Part shown: positions 11,290-21,765 of the stretch, in pieces | How positions within the stretch are numbered: the stretch's first letter is position 1 | Layout of the letters: each line of letters begins with the position of its first letter | Source of the DNA: an uncultured Gemmataceae bacterium | Lineage (GTDB): Bacteria; Planctomycetota; Planctomycetia; Gemmatales; Gemmataceae | NCBI GenBank assembly: GCA_963750165.1 | Contig: CAVVPN010000011.1 | Location: forward strand, 192,001-256,000 | Direction: 5' to 3' | Length of the DNA: 64,000 nt | Position numbers and translations under genes: made by a program | The notes under the pieces: generated by a model | Databases searched by the model: none | Seen by the model: the letters and a program-made list of their open reading frames with translations, nothing else | What the model was told of the DNA's origin: nothing

Positions 11290-12651
11290 TTACCGGACCT
11301 TTTTCACGACCGCGTGGACCTTCTTGACCAGCACCTCTTCCACGTCGTTGCTGAAGCGCCCCGGCAGGCCGTAGTAAATCAGGTTGAAGTCGGCCTCGTA
11401 GCCGCCCTCGAACAGGATGCGCGCCGACGGCACGTAAGCGAACACATCGTTGGCGTAGGCCGCCACCCACAGGTTGCCGTCACGCAGCTCGCGCTTGAGC
11501 CGCAGGGCGTAATCCACCACGACCTCGCCGCCCAGCGCCACCAGCGTCAGATCCTTGCCCAGCTGCCACGCCTGCACCGGACACGGATAGCTCGTCGGCA
11601 GCGGTTCGCCGCGGTCCATCATGTCCAGGAACCGCCGGGCGTGGCGTTGAATGAACACATTTTTATCCTTGAGCCGCTTCTCGTACTCCGCGCGTGTGGG
11701 CGCCTTCGCCAGCGGCAAATCCACGCGTTCCAGTGCCGCCTTGAGCTTGCCCTGCACGGCGGTGCGCCGCCCGGTCAGCACGCGGCTGACGGCGCCGGCG
11801 ATCTCCAGACCGTGCTGCCGGGCGAAGTCGAGTTTGCCGCGCGGCTCCGGGTTGGCGTCGCCGCCACAGCCGGTGATGAACAACGCCGTCGCCCCCGGAT
11901 GGGCACGCTCCAGGTAGTCCTGCGCGTAGCCTGCCCAGTCGCCGCCAATGCGGTAGTGATCGCCGCCCAGCGTCGTGCAGTGGCAGGCGTAGCCGAAGAC
12001 AATCGCCTTGACCTTGCCCTGGGCGTCATCGATGCGCAGCACCGGCACCTCATGGTCCACGGGGCCGTCCGGGTTGACGCCGAAGTTGACGCCGCCGGGC
12101 CGGAACACGCGGCGGTTCATGGCGAACGTCGCCTTGCCGCGGCCGAACGACAGCCGCACCGGCTCCGTCTTCGCCAGCGCCGCGGTCGCTGCCTCCAGCG
12201 TGCGCTCCACCAGTTTTATCGCGTACTGCTTGACCGCTGCCGCGTCCTTCTCCTTCAATTCAAACATGCCCTTGAGGTTGTAGCCGATCACCGGCCCCGT
12301 GTGCGTGTGGCTGGCCGCCAGCAAAATGTTCTCGCGCGGCAGCTTGTATCGCTTGTGCAGCTGGCCCGCGATCTCCTCGGCCAACTCGCGGTTGAAGCCG
12401 ATGATATCGGCGGTGATGAGCAACAGCGGCGGCTCCCTGTCGTATTGCAGGGCCAGCGCCTTGACGGACAGCGGGTGATCGACGCCCTCGGACGGCTTGT
12501 TGCGATTGCCGTAACCGGCCATCCAGATGGGGGCGTCCGGCGTGATGTCCGCCCGTCCGACGCCGGCGCGGTAGCCGTCCTGGGCGCGGGCGGGCGCCGC
12601 GACGCAGCAGACGGCGAGGGTGAGCAGGACAAGGCGGTGCAAGCTCGGCAT
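11290..12651 (-). CDS. Neutral/alkaline ceramidase-like exported hydrolase
   Basis: Signal peptide; DITP, MAGY, ASHTHTGP, NRR, YACH, GCGGD, AYAND motifs. Confidence 0.8.
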   Translation of the reverse strand: MPSLHRLVLLTLAVCCVAAPARAQDGYRAGVGRADITPDAPIWMAGYGNRNKPSEGVDHPLSVKALALQYDREPPLLLITADIIGFNRELAEEIAGQLHKRYKLPRENILLAASHTHTGPVIGYNLKGMFELKEKDAAAVKQYAIKLVERTLEAATAALAKTEPVRLSFGRGKATFAMNRRVFRPGGVNFGVNPDGPVDHEVPVLRIDDAQGKVKAIVFGYACHCTTLGGDHYRIGGDWAGYAQDYLERAHPGATALFITGCGGDANPEPRGKLDFARQHGLEIAGAVSRVLTGRRTAVQGKLKAALERVDLPLAKAPTRAEYEKRLKDKNVFIQRHARRFLDMMDRGEPLPTSYPCPVQAWQLGKDLTLVALGGEVVVDYALRLKRELRDGNLWVAAYANDVFAYVPSARILFEGGYEADFNLIYYGLPGRFSNDVEEVLVKKVHAVVKKVR

Positions 12652-12756
12652 GGTCGTGGCTCCAACCGGGGTCAGATGTTGTTGAGTCCCCTTGCGGCTA
12701 CTGCATCCGACTTTCCTAAAGACACTATAGTCGATGCGCGTGCTTAGAATAGCGGT

Positions 12757-13470
12757 ATGAGATCCAAAGGTACGGCAGCCGAGTTGGCACGGCGGCGACG
12801 CCGTGCAGTTGCCTTGGTCGAGCAGGGGGAAGCCCCGGCTGTGGTCGCCCGCATCTTGGGCGTGACGCGCTCCTCCTTGTACCGCTGGTGGCGGATGGCG
12901 CGCCAGGGCCAAGCCCTGGCTGCCAAGCCGGTGCCCGGTGCCAAACGCCGTCTGTCGGACGCGCAACTGCGGGAACTGAAAGCGCTCTTCGACCAAGGGG
13001 CTCCCGCGCACGGCTTCCCAAACGAACTATGGACCTCGGCCCGGGTCGCCCAGGTGATCTGCCAGCACTTCGGCGTCACCTATCACCCCGACAACGTCCG
13101 CCGGCTGCTGGGACGCCGGTTGGGTTGGAGCAGTTACAAGCCGCAACGGCGCGACCGGGAGCGCAACGCCAAGGAGGTGGAATGCTGGCAGGCCGATGAG
13201 TTCCCTCGGATTCTGCAGGAAGCCTGGCGTCGATGAGCCCACAGCGCTTTCCTGGACGAATTGGGCTTTCTGCTGATGCCGCTGGTCCGGCGGACCTGGG
13301 CACGACGCGGCCAGCGGGTGTTCCTGCGCTGCTCGTCCAAGCACGACCGGATCTCCGCGATCAGTTGCGTCACCCTCAGCCCGCAGGCGCTGCGCGTCGG
13401 GACGAAATGGCGAGGGGTGCCCAAGATTGCGGCCAAGGGTTCCTCGGCGGAGGTTACAGTCGCGCTATGA
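12757..13470 (+). pseudogene. IS630-family transposase, interrupted and truncated
   Basis: HTH region and WTSARVAQVI..FGVTYHP; in-frame TGA at 13234-13236, then FLDELGF..P..RRTWA; later DDE motifs absent. Confidence 0.8.
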
Positions 13471-13788
13471 GGAGAGGGACACGATAATTCAGTCACCGGT
13501 TCAGCCCTCGCCAGGAAGACAGGCACGCGGAAAGCGGCCCGTCCCGGAGAAGGCGCGCAGGCGGAACGGGCAGTGACCGCCGATCTTATCCGAACTTATC
13601 GGTGTCCAATCTGGACGGCAGTTCACGTGGAAGCCCGGCGACCGCCCTGCTAAAATGGCCTTGATCAGAGGCAAGGTAGGTAACCGAAGCGGCCTGAGTT
13701 ACCAATAACAGTTTAACCATGCCTAATAGAGACTAGAAGAAGATCGACGTAAGTAACAGAATGGAAGCCTGATAGGCTGAAAACAGCC

Positions 13789-15618
13789 TCAACCTACCCG
13801 GTAGTGTAACGGTAGCACAAGAGATTTTGGTTCTCTTTGTCCAGGTTCGAATCCTGGCCGGGTAACTTGATGCCTGGAAATGCCAGTCGATGCAACCCGC
13901 TGCACAGTCAGCGGGTTGTGTTGTTCCTGGGCCACCTCTTCTTTCTCCCCTACGGTGCCGGCAGGTGCCGTGAGATGCTTTTGGTTGCACGGAGTTTGTG
14001 CAACCAGTGTGCAACCAACACCGGCGCCATCTGCCCTGAGATCGTCCTTACCCGGCACCGAATGAAAATCGCTCGCGCGAGTTTCTCCCTCTGCATAGCC
14101 AACCGGCCCAGCCGGCCCGATTTGGGTTTCCCTCAGTGTTTTTCCAGGGTTTTCGTGGGTCGGTCGGATTTTCACCGCTGGCCCAACCGGCCCCTGAACC
14201 GGCCGGTCCGTGCCTGTCGCGGCCAGTCGGACGGGCTCCGCCGCCCCGGAGGCGCTGGCCGGAAGGAGGCTCGGCAGCTTCTCGACGGCCCCGGCCAGGT
14301 CGTGCAGTCGTCGGTGCGAATAACGAGCCGTCAACGTCGGCGTCGAGTGCCCGGCCAGTTCTTGCAGGGTCCGCAGGTCGATGCCGGCGCGGCCGCCCAG
14401 CGTCAGGTAGGAGTGGCGCAGGCTATGGAAGTCGGCGAATAGCGGGCCGTCGGCTCCCTCGACGGCGTAGGGGATGCCGGCCGTTTCCAGGTCGGCCCGC
14501 AGCATCTCCGCCGCCACCGAACGCCAGGCGCCGGGCCAGACGGGCAGGGCCCGGGGACGGCCGGCAAGGTAGCCGCGCAGGGTTGCGGCCACGTCGGCGG
14601 GGAGCGGTTGCACTTTTTGCCGCTTGTTCTTCGCCAGCCGCGCGGGCAGCACGACGGCGGGCACGTCGGCGTCGAGATCGAAATCGTTCGGTGTCAGTCC
14701 GGCCAGAGCGCGGGCACGGAAGCCTGTCCCGCACGCCATCAGGTACAGGGCCGCGCGGTCCGATCCGTTCAGCCCTCGGAATACCCGTTCGCTCGCCCCG
14801 GTGACGGCGAGCAATCTGCGGAGTTCATCCGCCGTCAGTTCGCGGCGGTCGTGTCTGCGGTCAGTCGCGGTGTTGAGCAGTGGCAGCCGGTCAAACGGGT
14901 TGGCGGGCAGGCGCTTGCCGGCAAGCCAGCGGCCGAAAGACCGGAGGGCCTGCGCGTTGTGGTTCGCCGTCTGCGGCGAGGCGCCCCGCGAGGCCCGTTC
15001 CAGCAGGGCAAGCACGGTCGCCCGCGGGTAACGGCGTGCGGGGCCTGCCCCGACGGCGGCCAGGCCGTGCCGGCGGATCGCCTTGGTGATTGACATGCGG
15101 CGAATGCCCAGCATCCGGGCCAGTTCCGCCATCGTGAACAACTCTTGCCCGTGGGGCAGTTCGGGGAGTTCGCGGTCGGCTCGCAGGGAAGTCAGCCACC
15201 CGGCGGCCTTGCCGGCGTCGAGGTCGGCCAACCAGATGGCGCCCGTGGCGTCGAAGAATGACCGGAGATGAGCGACCGTCTTTTGAACGTGCTGGGCACA
15301 GTCGCCCTTGGCCTGCAGCGCCGCGGCGAAATCGTCCAGGTGATCGGCCAGCGGCCGCTTGCGGTGTTCCTCGTAGGGGTCGGCCAGGCCGTGCTGACGC
15401 ATGGCGGCGTCGGTCAGCAGTTTGTTGAGCATTTGCTTGCTGCGGGCCAGGTCCGGGCACAGCGGGACGGCCTTACGCTTGCCGTTGGGCAGCGGCACCA
15501 AGCCGTAATACTTGCGCGATTCCTCGACGCGCTTGACGGCGCCGGGCGTGTCCGGGCTGCAGCGTTGCCCGTCCGGTGTGGCGTAGCGGACGGTATGTTT
15601 CTTGAACGGCGTGGCCAC
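13789..15618 (-). CDS. int: Tyrosine integrase; frame runs through the att core
   Basis: Catalytic set GTGFR, K(AKNK), HSLRH, AGH, TARY; C-terminus antisense to tRNA. Confidence 0.9.
   Translation of the reverse strand: MATPFKKHTVRYATPDGQRCSPDTPGAVKRVEESRKYYGLVPLPNGKRKAVPLCPDLARSKQMLNKLLTDAAMRQHGLADPYEEHRKRPLADHLDDFAAALQAKGDCAQHVQKTVAHLRSFFDATGAIWLADLDAGKAAGWLTSLRADRELPELPHGQELFTMAELARMLGIRRMSITKAIRRHGLAAVGAGPARRYPRATVLALLERASRGASPQTANHNAQALRSFGRWLAGKRLPANPFDRLPLLNTATDRRHDRRELTADELRRLLAVTGASERVFRGLNGSDRAALYLMACGTGFRARALAGLTPNDFDLDADVPAVVLPARLAKNKRQKVQPLPADVAATLRGYLAGRPRALPVWPGAWRSVAAEMLRADLETAGIPYAVEGADGPLFADFHSLRHSYLTLGGRAGIDLRTLQELAGHSTPTLTARYSHRRLHDLAGAVEKLPSLLPASASGAAEPVRLAATGTDRPVQGPVGPAVKIRPTHENPGKTLRETQIGPAGPVGYAEGETRASDFHSVPGKDDLRADGAGVGCTLVAQTPCNQKHLTAPAGTVGEKEEVAQEQHNPLTVQRVASTGISRHQVTRPGFEPGQREPKSLVLPLHYRVG
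13795..13865 (+). tRNA. tRNA-Gln(TTG)
   Basis: Acceptor TACCCGG/CCGGGTA, anticodon arm AGAGA-TTTTGGT-TCTCT, T arm CCAGG-TTCGAAT-CCTGG; CCA not encoded. Confidence 0.95.
13823..13867 (+). repeat. attL core (45 bp)
   Basis: GATTTTGGTTCTCTTTGTCCAGGTTCGAATCCTGGCCGGGTAACT, identical to 33644-33688. Confidence 0.95.
13983..14016. promoter_or_regulatory. Putative integrase arm-type sites, left arm
   Basis: TGTGCAACCAGTGTGCAACC (13997-14016) plus inverted GTGCAACC (13983-13990); 20-mer recurs at 33565-33584. Confidence 0.7.
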
Positions 15619-15754
15619 GGGATGCGCTCCTTTGGTGAGAAGGCCGGGCCGCCGGTCCGCTTCTCACGACGAAGCCGGCGGCACACGGCCAAAGGATTCA
15701 ACTACAACACAAGTATAAACTTCGGGCGAGCCAATCAAAGGCCAGTAGGGGCAG

Positions 15755-16117
15755 TTAATGGCGCCGGCGTTTCGCCGCTCGGGCTCGCGCCAGGTAGTAG
15801 CAGCGCATCGGCCAGCGCTCCCGCTCCCGCAGCCTTCGCCACAGCTGCCGGGCCGCTTCTTCTGCCTGCACCTTCGCCTTGGTCGTCTGGAAGAACGCTT
15901 CGGCAGCGACGCGCATCGCCGCCACGAACGCGGCATCCCGTAGCCAGCGGTAGACCGTCGCCCGATGCACCCCCGCCAAGCGTGCAGCTGGGGCAATGGC
16001 CAGCCGCTGACGGTAGGCGTCGAGGAATCGACGTTGCCGCTCACTCAACGCTGGCGCGGGGTTAACATCGGTTAGCAATGTGTCGCATCTGTCGCACGGC
16101 GGAACGTCGGCAGTCAT
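15755..16117 (-). CDS. HTH protein, resembles terminase small subunit N-terminal HTH
   Basis: LSERQRRFLDAY...AARLAGVHRATVYRWL.DAAF. Confidence 0.6.
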   Translation of the reverse strand: MTADVPPCDRCDTLLTDVNPAPALSERQRRFLDAYRQRLAIAPAARLAGVHRATVYRWLRDAAFVAAMRVAAEAFFQTTKAKVQAEEAARQLWRRLRERERWPMRCYYLARARAAKRRRH

Positions 16118-16245
16118 GTTTCACCCCCCGGTGGTCACCTCTCGGCCTCATCGTCGAATAGTCCAGGCTGACTCTCGCCCTTCCGTTGTGGTTGCCGACG
16201 GGGCAGCGCCTTCACCTCAAGGGCGCGGTCTTCCCTTGCGGCGGT

Positions 16246-16800
16246 CTACCGTCGCTTGCCGATCCTTTTCATAGCCCGTTTCACGGTGGCGAAATCCATC
16301 CCGGTGTCGGAGGCCAGCAGGCGGAACAGCGCGTCGTGCTTGCGGCTCTCCTGGCAGCTGGTGTAGGTCAGGTCGTGGCAGCGCCGGCAGCCGTAGTAGA
16401 CCGAGTGCGCCGCCAGGTACAGCTTGCCGACGCGCCGCCCGCACGGGCGGCCGTTCTTGCTCAGCGGGCAGAGGAACCACCAGCGCAGCCCCCCGAAGCG
16501 CGGCCGGGTCGTGGCCAGGCGGACGGTGTAGTCGAGGGCCTGCCCCGTCCTGGTCACGGTGTAATGGAGGCGCACCCAGGGGTTCGCCAGGTCGAGCGTG
16601 CAAACCTCGTAGCCGATGGACGACGCCGCCTTCGTCGGGCCGATCAGCCAGTTCCAGCCGCCGGATTGGTGGACGCCGGCGGCGAGAATCTTCTCGCGCG
16701 TCCAGCGGTTGGCGTCCAGGGCAAGGCACCCCTCGACGACCGCCTTTTTGCTGGGACGCCACCAGTGGTAATACGAGGCACCGCTTCCGAGTCCGCCCAC
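16246..16800 (-). CDS. Cys-rich (zinc finger) hypothetical protein
   Basis: GGLRWWFLCP...CGRRVGKLY...GCRRCHDLTYTS; GGGAGG RBS before GTG. Confidence 0.7.
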   Translation of the reverse strand: MGGLGSGASYYHWWRPSKKAVVEGCLALDANRWTREKILAAGVHQSGGWNWLIGPTKAASSIGYEVCTLDLANPWVRLHYTVTRTGQALDYTVRLATTRPRFGGLRWWFLCPLSKNGRPCGRRVGKLYLAAHSVYYGCRRCHDLTYTSCQESRKHDALFRLLASDTGMDFATVKRAMKRIGKRR

Positions 16801-17038
16801 GGCTATGCCCTCCCCCGATTATTCCTAAATCATGTACAAAAACTGCCATCCCGTCTGACGGCTTTTTTGGGCTATACTTTTCGCGGCAATGGCTTACGTC
16901 GATTGTGAAGGCGGCGTCTTGGTGCGCCACCACGATCAGTTTTCTTCCGTTTTGATGCCCTTTTGTTGGCGTTTGATGGTCAATCCGCTGCCGATTCGCC
17001 ACCGGCGATGGCGTTTTGTGGGCGCATCCGCCATGCCG

Positions 17039-17455
17039 TTAGGGGGCTTTTGTTCGCAGGCCGCAGCCCGCGCAGGCGATGGTTTTCCGGCTGTCCGACC
17101 AGAAGCACGGGCCGCCACACCGCCGGCAATTCCGGGACGCCCGGGGCCGCCAGCTGGCCCAGTCACACCAGGGCCAGCGGCCGCAACGCCAGAACGGCAC
17201 CCCCCGCGCCGTCTTGCGGACCACCACGCGGGCGCGGCAGCGGGGGCAGTCGCGGCGCCAGTCCACCGACGGGCGATCTACAGCGGGCCGGGCGTGCTTG
17301 ACCCGGCGCAGGGCCTGGCGCAAATCCGGGTCGCTGGCTTGCCAGCGGCAGACCGTCGCCACATGCACTCCGGCCACCTTGGCGGCCTTCCGCAGCGTCA
17401 GCCCGGCCCGGCGCAGCCGCAGAAGTTTCTCAATGATCGGGTCCGCGGCGTTCAT
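17039..17455 (-). CDS. HTH plus zinc-ribbon protein
   Basis: LRKAAKVAGVHVATVCRW; CPRC...FWRCGRWPWC, CRRC, CAGC; start overlaps upstream stop. Confidence 0.65.
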   Translation of the reverse strand: MNAADPIIEKLLRLRRAGLTLRKAAKVAGVHVATVCRWQASDPDLRQALRRVKHARPAVDRPSVDWRRDCPRCRARVVVRKTARGVPFWRCGRWPWCDWASWRPRASRNCRRCGGPCFWSDSRKTIACAGCGLRTKAP

Positions 17456-17787
17456 CGGCCCTCCCCACCGTCCTGGAAAGCGTGTCCGCAGGCCACGCAA
17501 CGCAGGATGAAGTAACTCCCGGTGAGCCTGCCGCAGTCCACGCACAGGCGGTCGAAACACTTCGGGCAGCGCCGGGCCGAGTCCAGCGGCCAGCGGCAGG
17601 CCGGGCAGCGCTCCAGGCAGTCCGGCCCGGTCAACAGGCCGATCAATCCCGCCCGGTGCGCCTGGATCAGTTCAGCCTGCGGGGCGTTCACCAGGAAGGC
17701 CGGCCGCCAGCGCAGCCGGGCGCCGTCCGTATCCAGTTCGACGCCCCGGGAACGGAGGTCCGCCAGCAAGGCGGTTGCTTCGTTCAT
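17452..17787 (-). CDS. Small zinc-finger protein coupled to primase gene
   Basis: LLADLRSRGVEL..DGARLRWR; four CxxC pairs; ATGA overlaps. Confidence 0.65.
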   Translation of the reverse strand: MNEATALLADLRSRGVELDTDGARLRWRPAFLVNAPQAELIQAHRAGLIGLLTGPDCLERCPACRWPLDSARRCPKCFDRLCVDCGRLTGSYFILRCVACGHAFQDGGEGR

Positions 17788-20700
17788 TGCCAGCCCCCCC
17801 ACCCCTCAGATTGCGTCCCAGACAAGATTTCCTCGGCGTTCGTCTCCTCCCCCGGACGAGACCGGCCCTTTCGGCCCACGGGCACGTTTACCTCAAAAAT
17901 GGAAGGGTTGCCGTGGGCCGCTGCGCCGTTCCCGTTACCGTTCCCGGCCCACGGTTTCGGCCCATCCCTGTCGTCGGCCTCGTCCTCCGGGCCGGTTGGG
18001 CCGGTTGTCGGCGCGGGGGGCAAGCCAGCCCACGCGATGTGCAGCACGTCGCGGCGGGCGCCCTGCAGCGTCTTGCGAACCGTCAACTTCTTCCGCGTCG
18101 TGTCCGTCGTGGCCAATAGCTCCTGTTCCTTCAGGCGTCGGCGGAGGGTGTGCGGCGTGATGCTGAAACAGTCGTTCTGGTCGCGGGCGAACTGCTGCAC
18201 GGCCGCGAAACTCGCGTCCGGCTCCAGGTACAATTCTCCGTCCGCCAGCCAGCCGACGCACACCCGCTGCGGCTTGTACCGGGTTTCGGTGCTCTCGCCG
18301 GTGTAATACTTCTCGGGCCGCCAACCCCAGCGCTGCGGCTCGGCGGGTTGGTTGCCGTCCTGGTCGGCGACGTGGGCGTAGCCGCTCGCCACGGCCGCCG
18401 CCAGCAGCCGCAGGAACAGCCCGGCCGGCTCCACGGTGGCGAGTTGGCTTGCCTGGGACGCGCCGGCTTCCGCCAGGGCACCCCATCCCCGTCGCCAGTA
18501 GTCCGCCCGATCCTGCTCCGAAATCGCGCCCACGGCCCGCGCGTAGTCGAGCAAGTAGCGCAGGCCGAGGGCCAGGTCGGCGACGATGCCCGGGGTCCGG
18601 GCGTGTTGCCCCGCGCTCCGGGCCTGGTCCCGCAGCTGCGCCAGTTCGTTCCGCAGCCGTGCGCGCACCGCTTCATACTGCGGCGCCAGCCAGCAGAGGA
18701 AACCGGCCAGGGCCGCGGCGTACAGCCCGGCGGCCGCGTCGCGCTGGCAGGCGCTCAAGGTCGGGTTGGGGTCCGGGGGCAGCGGGCCGAAGTCGCCGGG
18801 GGAGATTTCCAGCACCAGCAGCCGGGCGCGCAGGGACTGGCCGCGGGGCGTATCCTCGCCGGTGGAAAGCGTCAGCCCGCGGGGCGGCTTCGCCGGCCGT
18901 AGCGTGGCGTCGGCCTTCATGCGCTGCCGGCCGGCCCGGTTGCCCTGGCCGCGGAACAGCCGGTCGGCTTCCTTGTGGTAGCGCTGCACGTCGGCAGCTG
19001 ATCCGGTGGGGCAGAAGTCGTCCACGACCAGCAGCGCGTCTTTCGCCGTGAAGGCCAGCCCCTCCAGCGCGTTGCCCGTGGAACTCCAGCTGGCCGGCAG
19101 GTGCCGCGCGTCCATCTCAGGGCCGAAGTGTTGCTGCGCCAGGGCGGCGGCCTCGGACTTGTAACAGCCCGTCGGCCCGGCCAGGTGCAGGGCGAAATCC
19201 GTGGACCCCAGCGCGGCGCGGTAGACCGCGGCCAGCAGCGGGAACGTCAACCGATCCGGGCCGAGCCGCAGCAGCCCCAGGCTGGCCCGAACGGCGCTGG
19301 TGAGTCCGGCCGCCTGTCGCGCCGCGGCGGCACCTAACTCGCCGGTCAGTTGAACGTCACCCGGTTGGAGAAGGGCAAGTGGATGCGGCAGGCGGAAGCC
19401 GGCCAGGGGTTCGGGGAGCGCCACCGGGATGGCGTCGGTCAGCCCGTCCGCGCCGATGGCGCCGCCGGCGTGCAGGTAGAACCAACTCCCGTCGATCTGC
19501 CGCCAGCCGGTGTGCCGGTAGATTGTGCGCCGCGGCACATCGCCGGACAGCAGCTGCAGGGCCGTGCGCAGGTGGTCCTTCGTCCCCATGCCGGCGTAGA
19601 CGACGGCCCGCGTCCCCCAGGCGGGAACGGTCCAGCCCATGCCGGCAAACTCCGCGGCCGGCACCTCAGCCCGCGGCAAGGGCGAGCCGTCGCGCAGCGC
19701 CCCTTGCAAGGCCAGGCTGCGCGCCTGCTCGGCACCGTCGTCGTGAACCACGTCCTCCACGATCCGGGCGGAGAAGTTGCAGAGCGGCACCGGGACCGGG
19801 CCGTCCTTCGTCTGCACGGTGCGGTAGACGCAGCCGTCTTGCTCGAAGTAGGTGGGAGATTCCGCGCCTTCCGCGGGCGCGGCCTGGCGACGGAAGGGCC
19901 GCAATGCTTTGTCCAGGTCGCGGAGGGAAACGCGCTCCCGAATGGACGCGCGAACCGCGGCGAAGCCGGCAGGATCAGCCCCAGCCAGGTCGGCCAGTGC
20001 CTGCATCAACGCCTTGTCGCGGAACAGCGCTTCCGCGCCACCGCCGTCCAGCACGTCCTGCAACCGGGCCAGTTCATCGGGTGGGGCAGGTTCCTCATCC
20101 GCGGTTGCAGCGGCCAGCGTTTCCCGGATCGCCTGCAGCGCGACATCCCCTTGCAGCAGTTCGGGCGCCTTGCCGGCCGCGAGCAGGTCGTCCAGCCCCT
20201 TGCCGTTTGCCCCGTCCCAGCGTTCCAACTCGACGGCAAAGCCGGCGGCGGTCAGGGCATCGGTGCAGGCCAGGAGCGCCCGCGCCACGGTGGGGTTGTC
20301 CCAGGCGTCGGCGTCGAAGGCCAGGCGAACCGTTTTGCAGCCCAACTCCTTCAGCACGGCCAGCGCCGGCCGCCAGTTGGTCGCGCCGGGGACGGAGAGC
20401 GTCGGCACGCCAGTTCGGGCCTGGGTAACATCAGCCTTCAGTTCGCCTTCGGTCAGTCGCGCCAACTCGGCCGCCTCGGGAGTTCCCAAGGGGACGTGAA
20501 TCGGAGAACCCGGCCCTGGGCCGCCATGCCCCGCGGAAGAAACGTAGACGTAGCGGCGGTTCTTTTCGTCCGCGTCGTCTCTGCGCACCTTGAGGGCGAT
20601 GATTCGCCCGGTGCGGTCGCGGCACGGGACGATTAACCCGACCGGGCCGCGCAGCGTCAGGTAGTGGCCCGACGGCCCTTCTTTGACCACGACGCCCGGC

Positions 20701-21143
20701 ACGCGCAACAGCTTGTCCCCGAAGCGCTCGCGCAGCTCCCGGACGACCCGCGGCCGCCCCTGGCGTGACAGTGTGCCGTACCCGGCCTTGTCGATTACCT
20801 CATCCGTCAGGCCCCGCCGTTGCAGCGCTTCACGGTGCGCCTTGCTGAGCGGCAGCCGGGCCAGCAGTGCCGAGTAGACCTCGTGCAACGTGTCGGCGTC
20901 CGCCCGCTTCGCTTCCGGCCCCGGCCGCGGTGTGGGCGCGGCCTCGGGCCGCGGGCCGTCCGCCAGGCGGTGGAGGAAGTAGCGGGCGCCGTTGCTGTCT
21001 TCCTTCGAGCGAAAGCTGCCGTCCTCGACGCGCATGCACTTGCAGACGGCCCCGTCCGCCGTAACGCTGCACCAATCCGCACACCCGCAGACGGGACAAG
21101 GGGCGGCCCGAGAAACCCGGACCCAGTTGCGTTTCGTGTTCAC
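17784..21143 (-). CDS. Primase-helicase replication protein (Zn finger, TOPRIM, DUF927-like, P-loop)
   Basis: CPVCGCADWC; LTEGELKAD and LAFDAD; HTGWRQIDG; GPTGCYKS; LLVVDD. Confidence 0.85.
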   Translation of the reverse strand: MNTKRNWVRVSRAAPCPVCGCADWCSVTADGAVCKCMRVEDGSFRSKEDSNGARYFLHRLADGPRPEAAPTPRPGPEAKRADADTLHEVYSALLARLPLSKAHREALQRRGLTDEVIDKAGYGTLSRQGRPRVVRELRERFGDKLLRVPGVVVKEGPSGHYLTLRGPVGLIVPCRDRTGRIIALKVRRDDADEKNRRYVYVSSAGHGGPGPGSPIHVPLGTPEAAELARLTEGELKADVTQARTGVPTLSVPGATNWRPALAVLKELGCKTVRLAFDADAWDNPTVARALLACTDALTAAGFAVELERWDGANGKGLDDLLAAGKAPELLQGDVALQAIRETLAAATADEEPAPPDELARLQDVLDGGGAEALFRDKALMQALADLAGADPAGFAAVRASIRERVSLRDLDKALRPFRRQAAPAEGAESPTYFEQDGCVYRTVQTKDGPVPVPLCNFSARIVEDVVHDDGAEQARSLALQGALRDGSPLPRAEVPAAEFAGMGWTVPAWGTRAVVYAGMGTKDHLRTALQLLSGDVPRRTIYRHTGWRQIDGSWFYLHAGGAIGADGLTDAIPVALPEPLAGFRLPHPLALLQPGDVQLTGELGAAAARQAAGLTSAVRASLGLLRLGPDRLTFPLLAAVYRAALGSTDFALHLAGPTGCYKSEAAALAQQHFGPEMDARHLPASWSSTGNALEGLAFTAKDALLVVDDFCPTGSAADVQRYHKEADRLFRGQGNRAGRQRMKADATLRPAKPPRGLTLSTGEDTPRGQSLRARLLVLEISPGDFGPLPPDPNPTLSACQRDAAAGLYAAALAGFLCWLAPQYEAVRARLRNELAQLRDQARSAGQHARTPGIVADLALGLRYLLDYARAVGAISEQDRADYWRRGWGALAEAGASQASQLATVEPAGLFLRLLAAAVASGYAHVADQDGNQPAEPQRWGWRPEKYYTGESTETRYKPQRVCVGWLADGELYLEPDASFAAVQQFARDQNDCFSITPHTLRRRLKEQELLATTDTTRKKLTVRKTLQGARRDVLHIAWAGLPPAPTTGPTGPEDEADDRDGPKPWAGNGNGNGAAAHGNPSIFEVNVPVGRKGRSRPGEETNAEEILSGTQSEGWGGWQ

Positions 21144-21308
21144 GTCTGGTAAACTCTCGTGTGGGTATCAAGCCTGTTCGGTGATGCGCCCAGCGATCTT
21201 CGCTGGGCGTGTCCGTTTCGTTGGGGCGGCCGGAAGTCGAACCGGAGAACAGGGGTATCAAGCCCGCTCGGCGACCACGCACCCACCCCACAATGCACTT
21301 TCTCGAAC

Positions 21309-21590
21309 TCAACGTTTGGCGGCCTGTTTTTGCAGAACGGCCCATCGGTCGTGGTCGGGCAAGCCGGCCCGCACCCATTCGCGCACGACTTCGGTCTGAA
21401 ACAGCACGCGCCGGCCCGCGACTACGCGACCGGGGATGTCGCGCGCGGCGTCCATGCGTCGCAACGTTCGGACCCCAAGGCCGGTCAGGGTGGCAAGTTC
21501 GGCAACGTCCACTAACAACTTGTCTGCCAGCGAGAGAACCGGGGCCTTGTCCTCCGACGGCGCGGTAAAGGGAATGATGTCAGTCGGCAT
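21309..21590 (-). CDS. AlpA/excisionase-like HTH protein
   Basis: LLVDVAELATLTGLGVRTLRRM...IPGRVVAGRRVLF...VREWV. Confidence 0.8.
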   Translation of the reverse strand: MPTDIIPFTAPSEDKAPVLSLADKLLVDVAELATLTGLGVRTLRRMDAARDIPGRVVAGRRVLFQTEVVREWVRAGLPDHDRWAVLQKQAAKR

Positions 21591-21765
21591 GGTACACCTC
21601 CCGACGGTGTTCCGAACGATTCGACGAGGTGTTCCGCGCCTGAGCGGTCTGGGCCAGGCGCAGCAGCCGGCGTAGCAGGGCCAGCTCTCGGTAGAGCCGG
21701 CCCATGTAGGTGTGGATGTCCCCGGGCGCGGGCAGGTGGTCCAGGGGGGAAGGGTCGGTATGCAT
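21580..21765 (-). CDS. Small helical hypothetical protein (61 aa)
   Basis: GGAGG RBS, ATG, overlaps AlpA-like start; RELALLRRLLRLA. Confidence 0.55.
   Translation of the reverse strand: MHTDPSPLDHLPAPGDIHTYMGRLYRELALLRRLLRLAQTAQARNTSSNRSEHRREVYHAD

Noticed and set aside
12652..13011. N-terminal extension of the ceramidase-like ORF
   Set aside because: Antisense to the IS630 gene; the signal peptide starts at 12651.
13234..13236. Programmed readthrough or selenocysteine at the IS630 TGA
   Set aside because: The transposase is truncated downstream anyway; simple decay is more likely.
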